A DNA stretch of 64,000 nucleotides from an uncultured Bdellovibrionales bacterium (GCA_964538685.1 CAZIFD010000002.1:13255-77254); one strand, 5' to 3'. Positions 8,248 through 17,087 are shown, counted from the first letter of the stretch. Program-made: numbers and translations. Notes: generated from the sequence alone by a model not told the origin.

Positions 8248-9369
8248 CTAAAAATTGTAGATGACAAGGTGTTCAACATCTCTATCGTTTCGACCTTTTA
8301 CATTATAGAGATAGGTTTTATCAAATCTATCAATTTTTATTCCTTTTCTATTTTTATATAAGCTAGAAATAAAAGGCGTGTCTTTAATAATCAAAATGAA
8401 TTTCGCTTTTGTTTCATAAAGACATTTTGCCAGACGCTCCTGATCTTTTTTGTCAAAAGTTGCTTTTTCGTAATCACTGAAATCAGTATCGTATGGTGGA
8501 TCAAGAAAAATAAAATCTTTTTCAGTGAATTTATATTCATTAAAAATTTTCTCAAAATCTTGATTTTTAATGACCGTATTCTTAAAAAGTTTTTTTACTT
8601 CATCGCTAAAAATATGATCTACTTTGCTTCGAAAGTCTTTGTTGTTATAAGCAATACCACCATAAGGAATATTGAAATGACCACTACTGTTAAATCGAAA
8701 CATTGAAGCGTAGCAAAATTCACGAATGAAGTAGTAATTTGCAATTTTTTTAGGAAGACTCGTTGGAAACTTGCTTCCGTTGTAATTCATAACATCACGA
8801 AAGTGCATATAAAAACCGCTTCGGAAAGCTGTTTCAATATTTTTTTGCAAATCACCCTCCGGTAATTTACCTCTTTGTTTCTCAATCTCTCTCGTTCTAG
8901 AAATTTTTGAAATAAGGTTTGAGGAAATTTGCTTTAATAAATTTTGCTCGTCTAAACAGAAATCTTTATGAAAAAGCCCATTAAAACGCTCCTCTTCCTT
9001 TTTCAGAATTGTATTTACTTGTTTTGATAGTTCTATTTTTGAAATTTCATCGTGCCTATATAACTCATAAAGTTTTATAATTTTATTTTCAAATACACTG
9101 ATATATTTGGGAATTTTTTCCCAGTTATTGACATAATTGTATAACTCCCTTTTAAAAACCTCTCTTTGTTTACCTTCTTTTAGTAGAGTATAAAAATCTG
9201 TTAGTTCAGAACAAATATCATTGATGATTGATTTTTTGGGCTGTAATTGAAAGAAAATTGCACCACCACCAAAAAACGGCTCGATATAACGATCAAAAGC
9301 TGGAATTAAATCCTTTATGTAAGGATATTCTTTTGTCTTGCCACCAGGCCATTTTATAAGTGTTTGCAT
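8248..9369 (-). CDS. Dam-like (alpha-class) N6-adenine DNA methyltransferase
   Basis: N-terminus MQTLIKWPGGK...FFGGGAIFF (Dam-family motif I), then FLDPPYDTDF (motif IV) later. Confidence 0.85.
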   Translation of the reverse strand: MQTLIKWPGGKTKEYPYIKDLIPAFDRYIEPFFGGGAIFFQLQPKKSIINDICSELTDFYTLLKEGKQREVFKRELYNYVNNWEKIPKYISVFENKIIKLYELYRHDEISKIELSKQVNTILKKEEERFNGLFHKDFCLDEQNLLKQISSNLISKISRTREIEKQRGKLPEGDLQKNIETAFRSGFYMHFRDVMNYNGSKFPTSLPKKIANYYFIREFCYASMFRFNSSGHFNIPYGGIAYNNKDFRSKVDHIFSDEVKKLFKNTVIKNQDFEKIFNEYKFTEKDFIFLDPPYDTDFSDYEKATFDKKDQERLAKCLYETKAKFILIIKDTPFISSLYKNRKGIKIDRFDKTYLYNVKGRNDRDVEHLVIYNF

Positions 9370-9370
9370 A

Positions 9371-10198
9371 CTAGTCTAAATAAGTTTCTTTTATCGATTC
9401 GAGTGCTGATGTAATAAGGTGTGCGTTTTCTTTATATGTTTCCAAAACTATGTCGTAACCATCATCCGACTTACAGACAAAATTCCAAAAATCTTTTCCA
9501 ATCAAAAGTTCATCTTTTGAAAAAAATTGTAGAACCCGTCCTTGTTTCCATTCTTTATCTTCGCCAAACCTATTATAAGCAGTTGCAAAGTAAGCCTTTA
9601 TTTTTGCATCTTTTCCTAAAGCATTTGAGAGAATTGCATATTGCTCAAAAATAGCTTCCTTTTCAGATCGTGCTTTTTTGTTATCTAAATCTCCCCCTAT
9701 CTTCAACTCAATTAAATGATGAGTATTTGTTTCTTTATCAATAAGATAATAATCACTCACATGGACTTTTGATTTTAGTTTAGAATTTGGACTGGGTTTT
9801 ATTCTTCTTATTTCATCGTAATGAGATAATTGTGGGACTAGAGGATTTTTTGTGTTTTTATAACCTTCCAAAAGTTCGGCTATTTTTGATGTCTGTTCTG
9901 GATATAAATTTCCTTCAACACTTTTATTCACTTCATAAAAGAGTTTAGCAATATTGATAGCCATTCCCTCAAGCATATTTCCAAGAGAGCTATCTAAAGA
10001 ACGAACAAGGGCAGAATAATACTGAATATCTAAACCGAGGGCGGCGATAAAGACATTGTGAATTTTCATATTGATAACCCCATTTGGATTATCAACCTCT
10101 CCTTCATGTCTTGCCTTAAAACCAGTTGCATACGATTCCACTGCTGTCCTAACAATGGATTTTATAGCGTCTTTTTTGTTTAATGTGTTTTTATTCAT
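9371..10198 (-). CDS. Putative Type II restriction endonuclease (inferred from its position in the operon)
   Basis: 275-aa ORF sits immediately between the C-protein gene and two DNA MTases, with a 1-bp gap to the next gene. ...LIELKIGGDLDNKKARSEKE... may hold the PD-(D/E)xK-type catalytic core. The organisation mirrors DpnII-type cassettes (Dam-like MTase + second MTase + REase). Confidence 0.45.
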   Translation of the reverse strand: MNKNTLNKKDAIKSIVRTAVESYATGFKARHEGEVDNPNGVINMKIHNVFIAALGLDIQYYSALVRSLDSSLGNMLEGMAINIAKLFYEVNKSVEGNLYPEQTSKIAELLEGYKNTKNPLVPQLSHYDEIRRIKPSPNSKLKSKVHVSDYYLIDKETNTHHLIELKIGGDLDNKKARSEKEAIFEQYAILSNALGKDAKIKAYFATAYNRFGEDKEWKQGRVLQFFSKDELLIGKDFWNFVCKSDDGYDIVLETYKENAHLITSALESIKETYLD

Positions 10199-10203
10199 AA
10201 TAA

Positions 10204-10488
10204 TTATTTTAAAAGTTGATCTACGCTCACACCAAGCACTTTGGCGACCTTTTCCATTGTGCTAATTGTAAGATTTTGTTTGCCATTCTCAACATTACTA
10301 ATATACGCTCGGTCTAAACCTAACTCTCGGCAAATGTCGCCTTGCGACATGCCTTTTTCGAGTCGTATTTTTTTCATGTTTTCGCCAAATTTTTGTGCTG
10401 TGGTTTTTGCCATATTGTATGAAAACTTATCAACATGGTTATTATAGCACTCTCTTGTGTTTTGACTCAATGTTAAGTTATAATACAA
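10204..10488 (-). CDS. XRE-family HTH regulator (RM controller C-protein candidate); the true start is probably the internal Met at 10413 (MAKTTAQKF...)
   Basis: HTH: IRLEKGMSQGDICRELGLDRAYISNVENGKQNLTISTMEKVAKVLGVSVDQL. It is the first gene of the RM operon, consistent with C-protein architecture. Confidence 0.6.
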   Translation of the reverse strand: MYYNLTLSQNTRECYNNHVDKFSYNMAKTTAQKFGENMKKIRLEKGMSQGDICRELGLDRAYISNVENGKQNLTISTMEKVAKVLGVSVDQLLK

Positions 10489-10518
10489 GTGTGCAAAACA
10501 GTATTTTTATGAAGCGTC

Positions 10519-10612
10519 GGAACCAAAACCAAAAATTTTCCTTTCCATTTTTTGCCGGCTCCCCCACACCCCCCGCTGAAAGAGGAATTGTAAGGAAATT
10601 TTTGGTTTTGGG
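10519..10612. promoter_or_regulatory. Large inverted repeat (about 21-22 bp arms, ~50 nt spacer) between the C-protein gene and the serine recombinase gene
   Basis: 'ggaaccaaaaccaaaaattttcctt' (10519-10543) matches the reverse complement of 'aaggaaatttttggttttgg' (10592-10612) with one indel. A C-rich spacer and the GC palindrome 'ggcgcgaagcgcc' (~10748-10762) follow. Confidence 0.5.
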
Positions 10613-10819
10613 ATCGCGACCGAAGGGAGCGTGCGAGGCGCAAGTATCATTCGTCAAAATCCTGCGGATTTTACCCGAAATACATTCGAACTTTGTCCAA
10701 TACACACCGCCAAAATTGAAAATCGGAATCGGAAGCAAAAATGCGGTCGGCGCGAAGCGCCGTCTGTTCTGAATTCCCCCCAAAAAATCCTGAATCTGAA
10801 AGGGTTCGCCAATACAATT

Positions 10820-12394
10820 ATGAATAATCAAACCAAAAAATTTTTCATTTATACTCGCAAGTCTACGGACGACAAAGACAGACAAGTCCGCAGTATTTCT
10901 GACCAATTAGCTGAGCTGAAAAGTTTAGCGTTAAAAGAACAACTGGAAGTGGTAGATGTCTTTGTCGAAAAGCAGACCGCCAAAATACCAGGTCGGCCAG
11001 TGTTTAACGAAATGTTGGAGCGAATGGAGAAAGGCGAAGCGACTGGTATTTTGGCATGGCACCCCGACAGATTGGCGAGAAATAGTGTTGATGGTGGAAA
11101 AATTATCTACCTCGTTGATACTGGTGTAATTTCCGAAATGAAATTTCCAACTTTTTGGTTTGATCCGACACCGCAAGGCAAATTCATGCTTTCAATCGCT
11201 TTTTCGCAATCCAAGTATTATGTGGACAATTTAAGCGAGAATATAAAGCGTGGTAAGCGAAACAAAGTGAAAGACGGAATATGGCCTCAAATGTCTCCGC
11301 TTGGATATGTGAATAAAAATAGAAAGATTGTTCCCGATGAAAATATCGCACCCTTAATCAAGAAAACATTTGAGGCATATTCGTCTGGGTCTTTCACTTT
11401 GCGCGAACTTCGTGACAAATTTAACGGACTTGGATTGAAGCGAAAAAGCGGAAAGGAACTTGCGGTGTCGAATTATCAAAAACTTCTCAAAAATCCTATT
11501 TACACTGGTCTAATGCTCTACAACGGAGAGATTTTTGAGGGCAAGCACGAACCGATTATCACAAAGAAGCTTTTTGATTCTGTTCAAGAAGTGATGATGA
11601 GAAAATCTCAACCGAAAGGAAAAGGACTAAAGCCATTTTTGTATAGAGGATTTTTCCGTTGTGGGGAATGTGGCTGTTTCATTACCACCGAAACGCAGAA
11701 AGGTCATAACTATTTGCGATGTACCAAACGGAAAAATCCCTGCTCACAAAAATATGCTCGCGAGGAAATCATCACTTCAGAAATTCAAAAGGAAATCAAA
11801 AAAGTTTCTTTGCCAGACGATTGGGCTTCTTGGATGTTAGTGGAAAACGAAAAGGATAAATTGGTGGAAGCCCAATCGTCTACGCTTTTTGCAGACAACA
11901 CAAAAGCCGAAATTTCTCTTTTGGATTCCAAGATTGAGAAGCTGATGAACGCCTATTTAGAGAACATACTTTCGCTAGAAGAATATCGGGATGTTAAAAG
12001 TGCGTTAGTGAACCAAAAACAGCTTCTCAAAGAGAAATTATCGGCTTTTGAGCAAAAAGCGAATAATCGGTTCGAACTTGCCGAAAAGTTTTTAAAATAC
12101 AATGTGGAATTGGCAAACGAGGGAATAAATGAAGAGAAACTTCATTTATTCAAAAAAGTCGGTTCGAACTTTATTATTGAAGCTCGAACCGTACTTTTTG
12201 AGCCACGCGGAGCGTGGAAAAACCTTTTGAATTCGGGAATTCTTGGCGGGAATGCATTTGTGTCGGCGCTTCGCGCCGACCGCATTTTTGCTTCCGATTC
12301 CGATTTTCAATTTTGGCGGGCTACTCGAGTTAAGTACCCACGATATACAAGCATTGTAAGGCTTTTTGAGCGATCTGTAAATGGTTGGATTTAA
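10820..12394 (+). CDS. Large serine recombinase (integrase)
   Basis: Start reassigned to MNNQTKKFFIYTRKSTDDKD (resolvase catalytic-Ser motif YxRxST). Recombinase domain, Cys-rich zinc ribbon (CGECGCF...CTKRKNPC) and C-terminal coiled coil. The track ORF begins upstream at 10631. Confidence 0.85.
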   Translation: MNNQTKKFFIYTRKSTDDKDRQVRSISDQLAELKSLALKEQLEVVDVFVEKQTAKIPGRPVFNEMLERMEKGEATGILAWHPDRLARNSVDGGKIIYLVDTGVISEMKFPTFWFDPTPQGKFMLSIAFSQSKYYVDNLSENIKRGKRNKVKDGIWPQMSPLGYVNKNRKIVPDENIAPLIKKTFEAYSSGSFTLRELRDKFNGLGLKRKSGKELAVSNYQKLLKNPIYTGLMLYNGEIFEGKHEPIITKKLFDSVQEVMMRKSQPKGKGLKPFLYRGFFRCGECGCFITTETQKGHNYLRCTKRKNPCSQKYAREEIITSEIQKEIKKVSLPDDWASWMLVENEKDKLVEAQSSTLFADNTKAEISLLDSKIEKLMNAYLENILSLEEYRDVKSALVNQKQLLKEKLSAFEQKANNRFELAEKFLKYNVELANEGINEEKLHLFKKVGSNFIIEARTVLFEPRGAWKNLLNSGILGGNAFVSALRADRIFASDSDFQFWRATRVKYPRYTSIVRLFERSVNGWI

Positions 12395-12421
12395 GGTGTT
12401 TGGGTCGGGGTCTAAAACAAG

Positions 12422-12472
12422 AATGAGACAAATGAGACACTAAAAGGGTGTCTCGCACCTCTGTCTCATTTG
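12422..12472. repeat. att-like imperfect palindrome about 30 bp downstream of the recombinase stop
   Basis: Tandem 'aatgagaca' x2 (12422-12439), 'gtgtctc' (12448-12454), 'gtctcatttg' (12463-12472). 'caaatgagacac' also occurs at 3784-3795. Confidence 0.35.
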
Positions 12473-12510
12473 CTATACTTGATTATTTATGGTCTGATAT
12501 GAAGTTTTGA

Positions 12511-13218
12511 TTAGTAGGGTCTGAAATAAGATATTTCGCCAGTTTCAGAGTCTTGAACAACGTTCTCAATCCTACGCTTATAACCGAGAAAAACATCCTC
12601 ATCAAGTGAATGAGCGTAAAGAGATCTAAGTCCTCTCGCTCTATATTCAAGACTAAAAAAGAGGTAGGTCGTGAATGAACCAGTAAATCGATAGCAACGA
12701 ACACAAGTTTCCAGCTGATCCTCTAATTCAGATTCATATCCCTTCCAAGAGAATAAGCAAGGAAAACTCTCAATCCAATAACCAACGGTGAATTTAAGAA
12801 GTGAAATAATTTCTTGTTTAGCCGACAAATTTCCTTTTTGAGAAATTCTTACCAAAGCAATGCTGATGTCGTTTCTTATTTTTCTATCCTCAGAATCCTG
12901 CGGTGACAAAAAGGTATATCTTTTATCTTTGTATTTTTTGAGAATCAAATTTACTTCTTTTTTACTGCGATACCATTTTAATGCCTTCCATTGCTTTTTA
13001 GTTTTGCTGTGTTTGCAAGTCCATTTTTTCTGAAATTTTTTATCCAGCTTACTTACGATTTTATCCCAATCAATATCGCCAATTTCATTTTTTAGATTTT
13101 TCCAGATGAATCTATAAATACGGGGCGCATTTGTATATATCCAAGAACTACTTATTCTTGGGGGTTGCTTTTCTAAAAGAAGTTTATTGAGATCTTTGAT
13201 TACTTGATTGAAATCCAT
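12511..13218 (-). CDS. Hypothetical protein (235 aa, basic, W/K-rich)
   Basis: Clean ORF with no recognisable motif; possibly phage-derived. Confidence 0.35.
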   Translation of the reverse strand: MDFNQVIKDLNKLLLEKQPPRISSSWIYTNAPRIYRFIWKNLKNEIGDIDWDKIVSKLDKKFQKKWTCKHSKTKKQWKALKWYRSKKEVNLILKKYKDKRYTFLSPQDSEDRKIRNDISIALVRISQKGNLSAKQEIISLLKFTVGYWIESFPCLFSWKGYESELEDQLETCVRCYRFTGSFTTYLFFSLEYRARGLRSLYAHSLDEDVFLGYKRRIENVVQDSETGEISYFRPY

Positions 13219-13285
13219 TTTTCATTTTTGTTGTTTTGCTCTTTATATTACAAGCATATCAAAATAATCAACTTCTAACGATAAT

Positions 13286-13810
13286 TTAATTCAAGAATCC
13301 TCTTATAAAACCTTCGTAATCAGAATTGCTTGTAACCAATTTAGCGTCATCTAATAAAACTTCTTTAGAATTTTTATTATAAAAGAGTCGTAAGCCGTTT
13401 TCATCTTCCAGAATTATTATATCTCCAGATTCACCTTTCTTTTCTAATTTAGTTTTTCCAATGCTTTGAGGAGGTAAACTATTAAGAGCTACTATTTCAT
13501 CAAGTATTAAAACATCCTTATTATTTGTGGTCTCAATTGCGTAATATTGTCTTGCATCTCTAGGTTGATCATTCTCATTGTTTAATTTAACAAATCCTCT
13601 TAGCTCTCCCGTAAATGAACCATCGGAAGGATAGTATACTAAGGTGTTTGTAAGATTTATATGCGGTATAGCCTTGTAATTTATTAGAGAAAATTTCAAA
13701 TTTTGTTTTTCCTCAAATAAATTAAGCGTGGTGATTGCTAAGATAACAATCAGTATTATTTTCCAATGCTTTTTTAAGAATTGGACTACTCGTTCTTTTA
13801 TCTTTGCCAT
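13286..13810 (-). CDS. Hypothetical membrane-anchored protein (N-terminal TM helix, 174 aa)
   Basis: N-terminal hydrophobic segment WKIILIVILAITTLNLF followed by a soluble domain. Confidence 0.35.
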   Translation of the reverse strand: MAKIKERVVQFLKKHWKIILIVILAITTLNLFEEKQNLKFSLINYKAIPHINLTNTLVYYPSDGSFTGELRGFVKLNNENDQPRDARQYYAIETTNNKDVLILDEIVALNSLPPQSIGKTKLEKKGESGDIIILEDENGLRLFYNKNSKEVLLDDAKLVTSNSDYEGFIRGFLN

Positions 13811-13870
13811 AAATAAAACGACTTAATAATTAAGTCGCCGAGAAATTTCCTTGAGAGGACGACCCGGCGG

Positions 13871-13987
13871 ATACCACACTCAAGAAAACACTAGGTGTCT
13901 CTATTGCGTGCACCGAATCGCCCACTAAAGGGCACAATAGAGACAAGTTTTACTTGTTTTCCTAATATTTTATATGAGTGTGGTATC
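13871..13987. other. Nested long inverted repeats in non-coding DNA (possible structured RNA or recombination/partition site)
   Basis: Outer arms 'ataccacactca' (13871-13882) / 'tgagtgtggtat' (13976-13987). Inner arms 'ggtgtctctattg' (13894-13906) / 'caatagagaca' (13935-13945). Central 'gcgtgcac' palindrome. Confidence 0.4.
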
Positions 13988-14110
13988 GTCTTTAATATAG
14001 CATGGAATTGCCCAAAAAGAAAGCCTTTTTAATGAGAAAAACAGAGCCATTTTCAATCCGCTTTGACAAAAATTCAGTAAATTGATAAAATATTATTAAC
14101 AATTGAATAA

Positions 14111-14210
14111 GGAAGGATAGGCGTGATTCATCACGCTGTTCGAATGTCTTCCTTGTTCATATATAGACTTCCTAAACAGCGGATGAATTACAAATTCATT
14201 CGCTGTTTAA
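14111..14210. promoter_or_regulatory. Palindrome cluster immediately upstream of the ParB-MTase gene
   Basis: 'gcgtgattcatcacgc' perfect palindrome (14121-14136). 15-bp inverted repeat 'aaacagcggatgaat ... attcattcgctgttt' (14174-14208) followed by a T-rich tract. Confidence 0.45.
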
Positions 14211-14229
14211 TTTTTAATTAAAAAACGCT

Positions 14230-15585
14230 ATGCAAAAAGCAAGCAACAACGAAATCGTAGAAGAAAAACTTCACGTGCAGTATGTTCCGACTGCTGATCT
14301 CAAAACCGCGGACTATAATCCGCGTAAATGGAGCAAGGAAGCTGAAGCTCAGCTTCAGGAGAGTATAATTTCTTATGGACTGGTTGATCCGTTTATCGTG
14401 AATGCCGCTCCACAAAGAAAAAATGTTTTAATCGGAGGACATTTCCGATTGAGTATTGCTAAAAAATTGGGAATCAAAGAGGTGCCAATTGTTTACATTA
14501 ATATTCCAGACTTGGAAAAAGAAAAAGAATTAAACATTAGGTTAAACAAAAACACTGGTGAGTTCGATTGGGAAATGCTGGCCACCTTTGACGAGCAATT
14601 TCTTTCGAAAGTTGGCTTCTCCTCTGAAGAATTAGACGACATTTTCCACATAGAAGATAATCCGGAAGAATTTGATTTAGAAAAAGAACTGGCCAAACTC
14701 AAGATAGATAAAATTGAAATCAAAAAAGGAGATGTTTGGATGTTGGGCGATTCGAAATTATGTTGCGGCGATTCAACCATTGAGGCAGATATGCAAAAAC
14801 TCATGAGAAATGAAAAAGCCGATATGTGCTTTACTGATCCACCTTACATCCTGGATTATCTTCATGGAAAAAAGAAAAATGGAAAGCCAATCACAGGATT
14901 CGGGGCAAAACGTGATCGTAGATATTTGGAAACCGATTCATTACCGGATAATTTTACAGAGTTGTGGATGAAAAACATAAAGACAATATCTAAAGATGAT
15001 TTCCATATTATTGTTTACGAAAATTGGAAGAATCTCAGAATCATCTGGGGCGAAATGGAAAAATATTGGAAAGTAAAAAACATGATAGTTTGGCATCTGC
15101 CCAATCGAGTGCAGGGCTTTGCCGCTAAATATAAGTTCTTCAATAAGCATGATATTGCGATGGTAGGTACTTCTCATGAGAAAATAGAGCTTAACACTGA
15201 TCCGGAAGACAAGATTTTGGAAGAAGAATATCAAACAGCTCTCTACGCTATTTCAGGTAAACCACATTGGGAAGGATATGAGAAAGGCAAAAGGATTTGT
15301 CCAACTGATTTCATTGAATTCAACGCTGATGATGCAAAACACTCTGGTCAAGGAATAATCTTCGGAACAAAACCCCTGGAAATTCTCATTCCATACATCA
15401 AAGTACTTACCAAGCGTGGAGATTTGATTGTGGAGCCATTTGGTGGATCAGGCTCGACTCTCATGGCCGCAACCAAAATGAATAGAAGATGCTACCTTAT
15501 GGAGAAATCGCCAGTATATGCTGAAGTGATAAAAAATAGGTGGGAGAAATTAACAGGCAGGAAGGCTCAAAAGATAAATGGATGA
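14230..15585 (+). CDS. ParB-like nuclease domain fused to a beta-class DNA methyltransferase (phage/plasmid-type orphan MTase)
   Basis: N-terminal ParB/Srx motifs (DYNPRKWSKE ... IGGHFRLSIAKKLG ... VPIVYI). Then motif IV FTDPPYILDY and C-terminal motif I VEPFGGSGSTLMAA. Confidence 0.8.
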   Translation: MQKASNNEIVEEKLHVQYVPTADLKTADYNPRKWSKEAEAQLQESIISYGLVDPFIVNAAPQRKNVLIGGHFRLSIAKKLGIKEVPIVYINIPDLEKEKELNIRLNKNTGEFDWEMLATFDEQFLSKVGFSSEELDDIFHIEDNPEEFDLEKELAKLKIDKIEIKKGDVWMLGDSKLCCGDSTIEADMQKLMRNEKADMCFTDPPYILDYLHGKKKNGKPITGFGAKRDRRYLETDSLPDNFTELWMKNIKTISKDDFHIIVYENWKNLRIIWGEMEKYWKVKNMIVWHLPNRVQGFAAKYKFFNKHDIAMVGTSHEKIELNTDPEDKILEEEYQTALYAISGKPHWEGYEKGKRICPTDFIEFNADDAKHSGQGIIFGTKPLEILIPYIKVLTKRGDLIVEPFGGSGSTLMAATKMNRRCYLMEKSPVYAEVIKNRWEKLTGRKAQKING

Positions 15586-15979
15586 GAAAAATAACTTTGA
15601 TGAAACAATTGAGAAAAGACAGGAAGAATTAAAGCAAGCCATTATTGACCAGCTCAAAGAAACTCCAATTATAACCGTAGCCTGCAAAAGATCAGGCGTT
15701 GGTCGAGCAACTTATTACCGTTGGCGAAGCGAAGATCCACAATTCACCATGGCGATTAATTCCGCCCTTAAAGAAGGTATTGAACTTATAAACGACCTGA
15801 GTGAGTCTCAAATAATCCAGCTTATCAAGGAAAAGAAGCTTCCGGCTATTTCGCTGTGGTTAAAACATAATAATCCTCGTTATGGAGGAAGAAATATGCG
15901 CAGAGATTTGCCTGTTGCTCCTGAGCCTTTAACTGAAGATGAAGAAAAGCTATTCAAAAAAGCTTTGGGGCTAAAATAA
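15578..15979 (+). CDS. Phage terminase small-subunit-like HTH protein
   Basis: HTH ITVACKRSGVGRATYYRWRSEDPQF. Overlaps the MTase gene by 8 bp and is followed directly by the terminase large-subunit ATPase ORF. Confidence 0.5.
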   Translation: MDEKNNFDETIEKRQEELKQAIIDQLKETPIITVACKRSGVGRATYYRWRSEDPQFTMAINSALKEGIELINDLSESQIIQLIKEKKLPAISLWLKHNNPRYGGRNMRRDLPVAPEPLTEDEEKLFKKALGLK

Positions 15980-15988
15980 CAAATCCGT

Positions 15989-17086
15989 ATGTTAGAAGAA
16001 ATAACAGAAAAAGAAATAGCGCAGATAATGCAAAATAAAAGATTAAGGCAACGGCTTGCTTTTGAAGATCCAATGTGGTTTTCCCTTATTTATCTAAGGC
16101 ATCATTTCGAATTTCCCTTTGCTCCTTTTCACATGGAAATGTTTCAGATAATGAAAAATTCAAAATATGAATTGATAGTAACAATGGCCTTCCGAGGATC
16201 GGGAAAATCTACCCTCTTAAACATGGTAAACACCCTATGGTCAATCCTAGGAAAACCGCGGAAAAAATTCGTGGTGATTGTCAGCCAAACGCAAGAACAA
16301 GCTAAAAATCATTTCTCTAACATTAAAGAAGAACTAGTGACCAACGATCTTTTGCGAGAAGATTTTGGACCATACACTGAAGATGAAAGGGAGTGGAAGA
16401 AAACATCCATGGATCTTGTTTATCATGAGTCAAAAATACTGTCGGTTTCTTGGGAGACAGGCATCCGTGGAATCAAATATAAATCGATGAGACCTGATCT
16501 TATCATCTGCGATGACCTTGAAGACAGTTCGGCTAGAGTGGATAAAATAAAACGAGATGAGCTCTATTCTCGCTTTGTCAGTGAGGTTCTTCCCTTGGGA
16601 AGTAAAGATACACGAATTATTGTTTTGGGAAATTTGATTTGTAAAGAATCACTTCTCATGCGACTCAAAGATGATATTGAAAATAATCGGCAAGATGGAA
16701 TATTTCGAGCCTATCCCATAATTGATAATAGCCGCCGTATTTTATGGCCAGAAAGATATAAAAATATTGAGGAGATTAAGAAGATATGGAAAAAAGTGCC
16801 AACAAGTGTATGGGCAAGTGAATATGTTTTAAAATCGATTGGTTTTAATGAAAATGGAGAAATGCCAGTTATTATTCTCGATAATTTATTTGGAAATGAT
16901 GATCCAATTTATAAAAAAGACGTGAATTTATCACATCAGAAAGCTCTTATATCTCAAATGAGAAAGTTTAATATTTCACCACCGAGCAAAAAAGAAATAA
17001 CATTTGTTTACTCAAGTGAAAATGATCCAGAATATTGGCACAACTTTGGAAATATATTTTTGGATAAGCCGAGATCAAAAAAATGA
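15989..17086 (+). CDS. Phage terminase large subunit, ATPase domain only (nuclease domain apparently missing; truncated or degenerate)
   Basis: Walker A FRGSGKST, Walker B LIICDDLED, coupling motif VLGN. At 365 aa it is shorter than complete TerL proteins. Confidence 0.6.
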   Translation: MLEEITEKEIAQIMQNKRLRQRLAFEDPMWFSLIYLRHHFEFPFAPFHMEMFQIMKNSKYELIVTMAFRGSGKSTLLNMVNTLWSILGKPRKKFVVIVSQTQEQAKNHFSNIKEELVTNDLLREDFGPYTEDEREWKKTSMDLVYHESKILSVSWETGIRGIKYKSMRPDLIICDDLEDSSARVDKIKRDELYSRFVSEVLPLGSKDTRIIVLGNLICKESLLMRLKDDIENNRQDGIFRAYPIIDNSRRILWPERYKNIEEIKKIWKKVPTSVWASEYVLKSIGFNENGEMPVIILDNLFGNDDPIYKKDVNLSHQKALISQMRKFNISPPSKKEITFVYSSENDPEYWHNFGNIFLDKPRSKK

Positions 17087-17087
17087 G

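Noticed and set aside
10631-10819. Upstream 63-codon extension of the recombinase ORF
   Set aside because: Serine recombinases begin at the conserved xIYxRxST block. The internal Met at 10820 (MNNQTKKFFIYTRKST) is the plausible start. The extension runs through the inverted-repeat region.
10395-10906. ORFs 10395..10772 (+) and 10478..10906 (-) in the C-protein/recombinase intergenic region
   Set aside because: They span the palindrome-rich regulatory gap and the real start of the recombinase. The translations are compositionally odd (Pro/Gly runs from the C-rich spacer). Rejected in favour of non-coding regulatory DNA.
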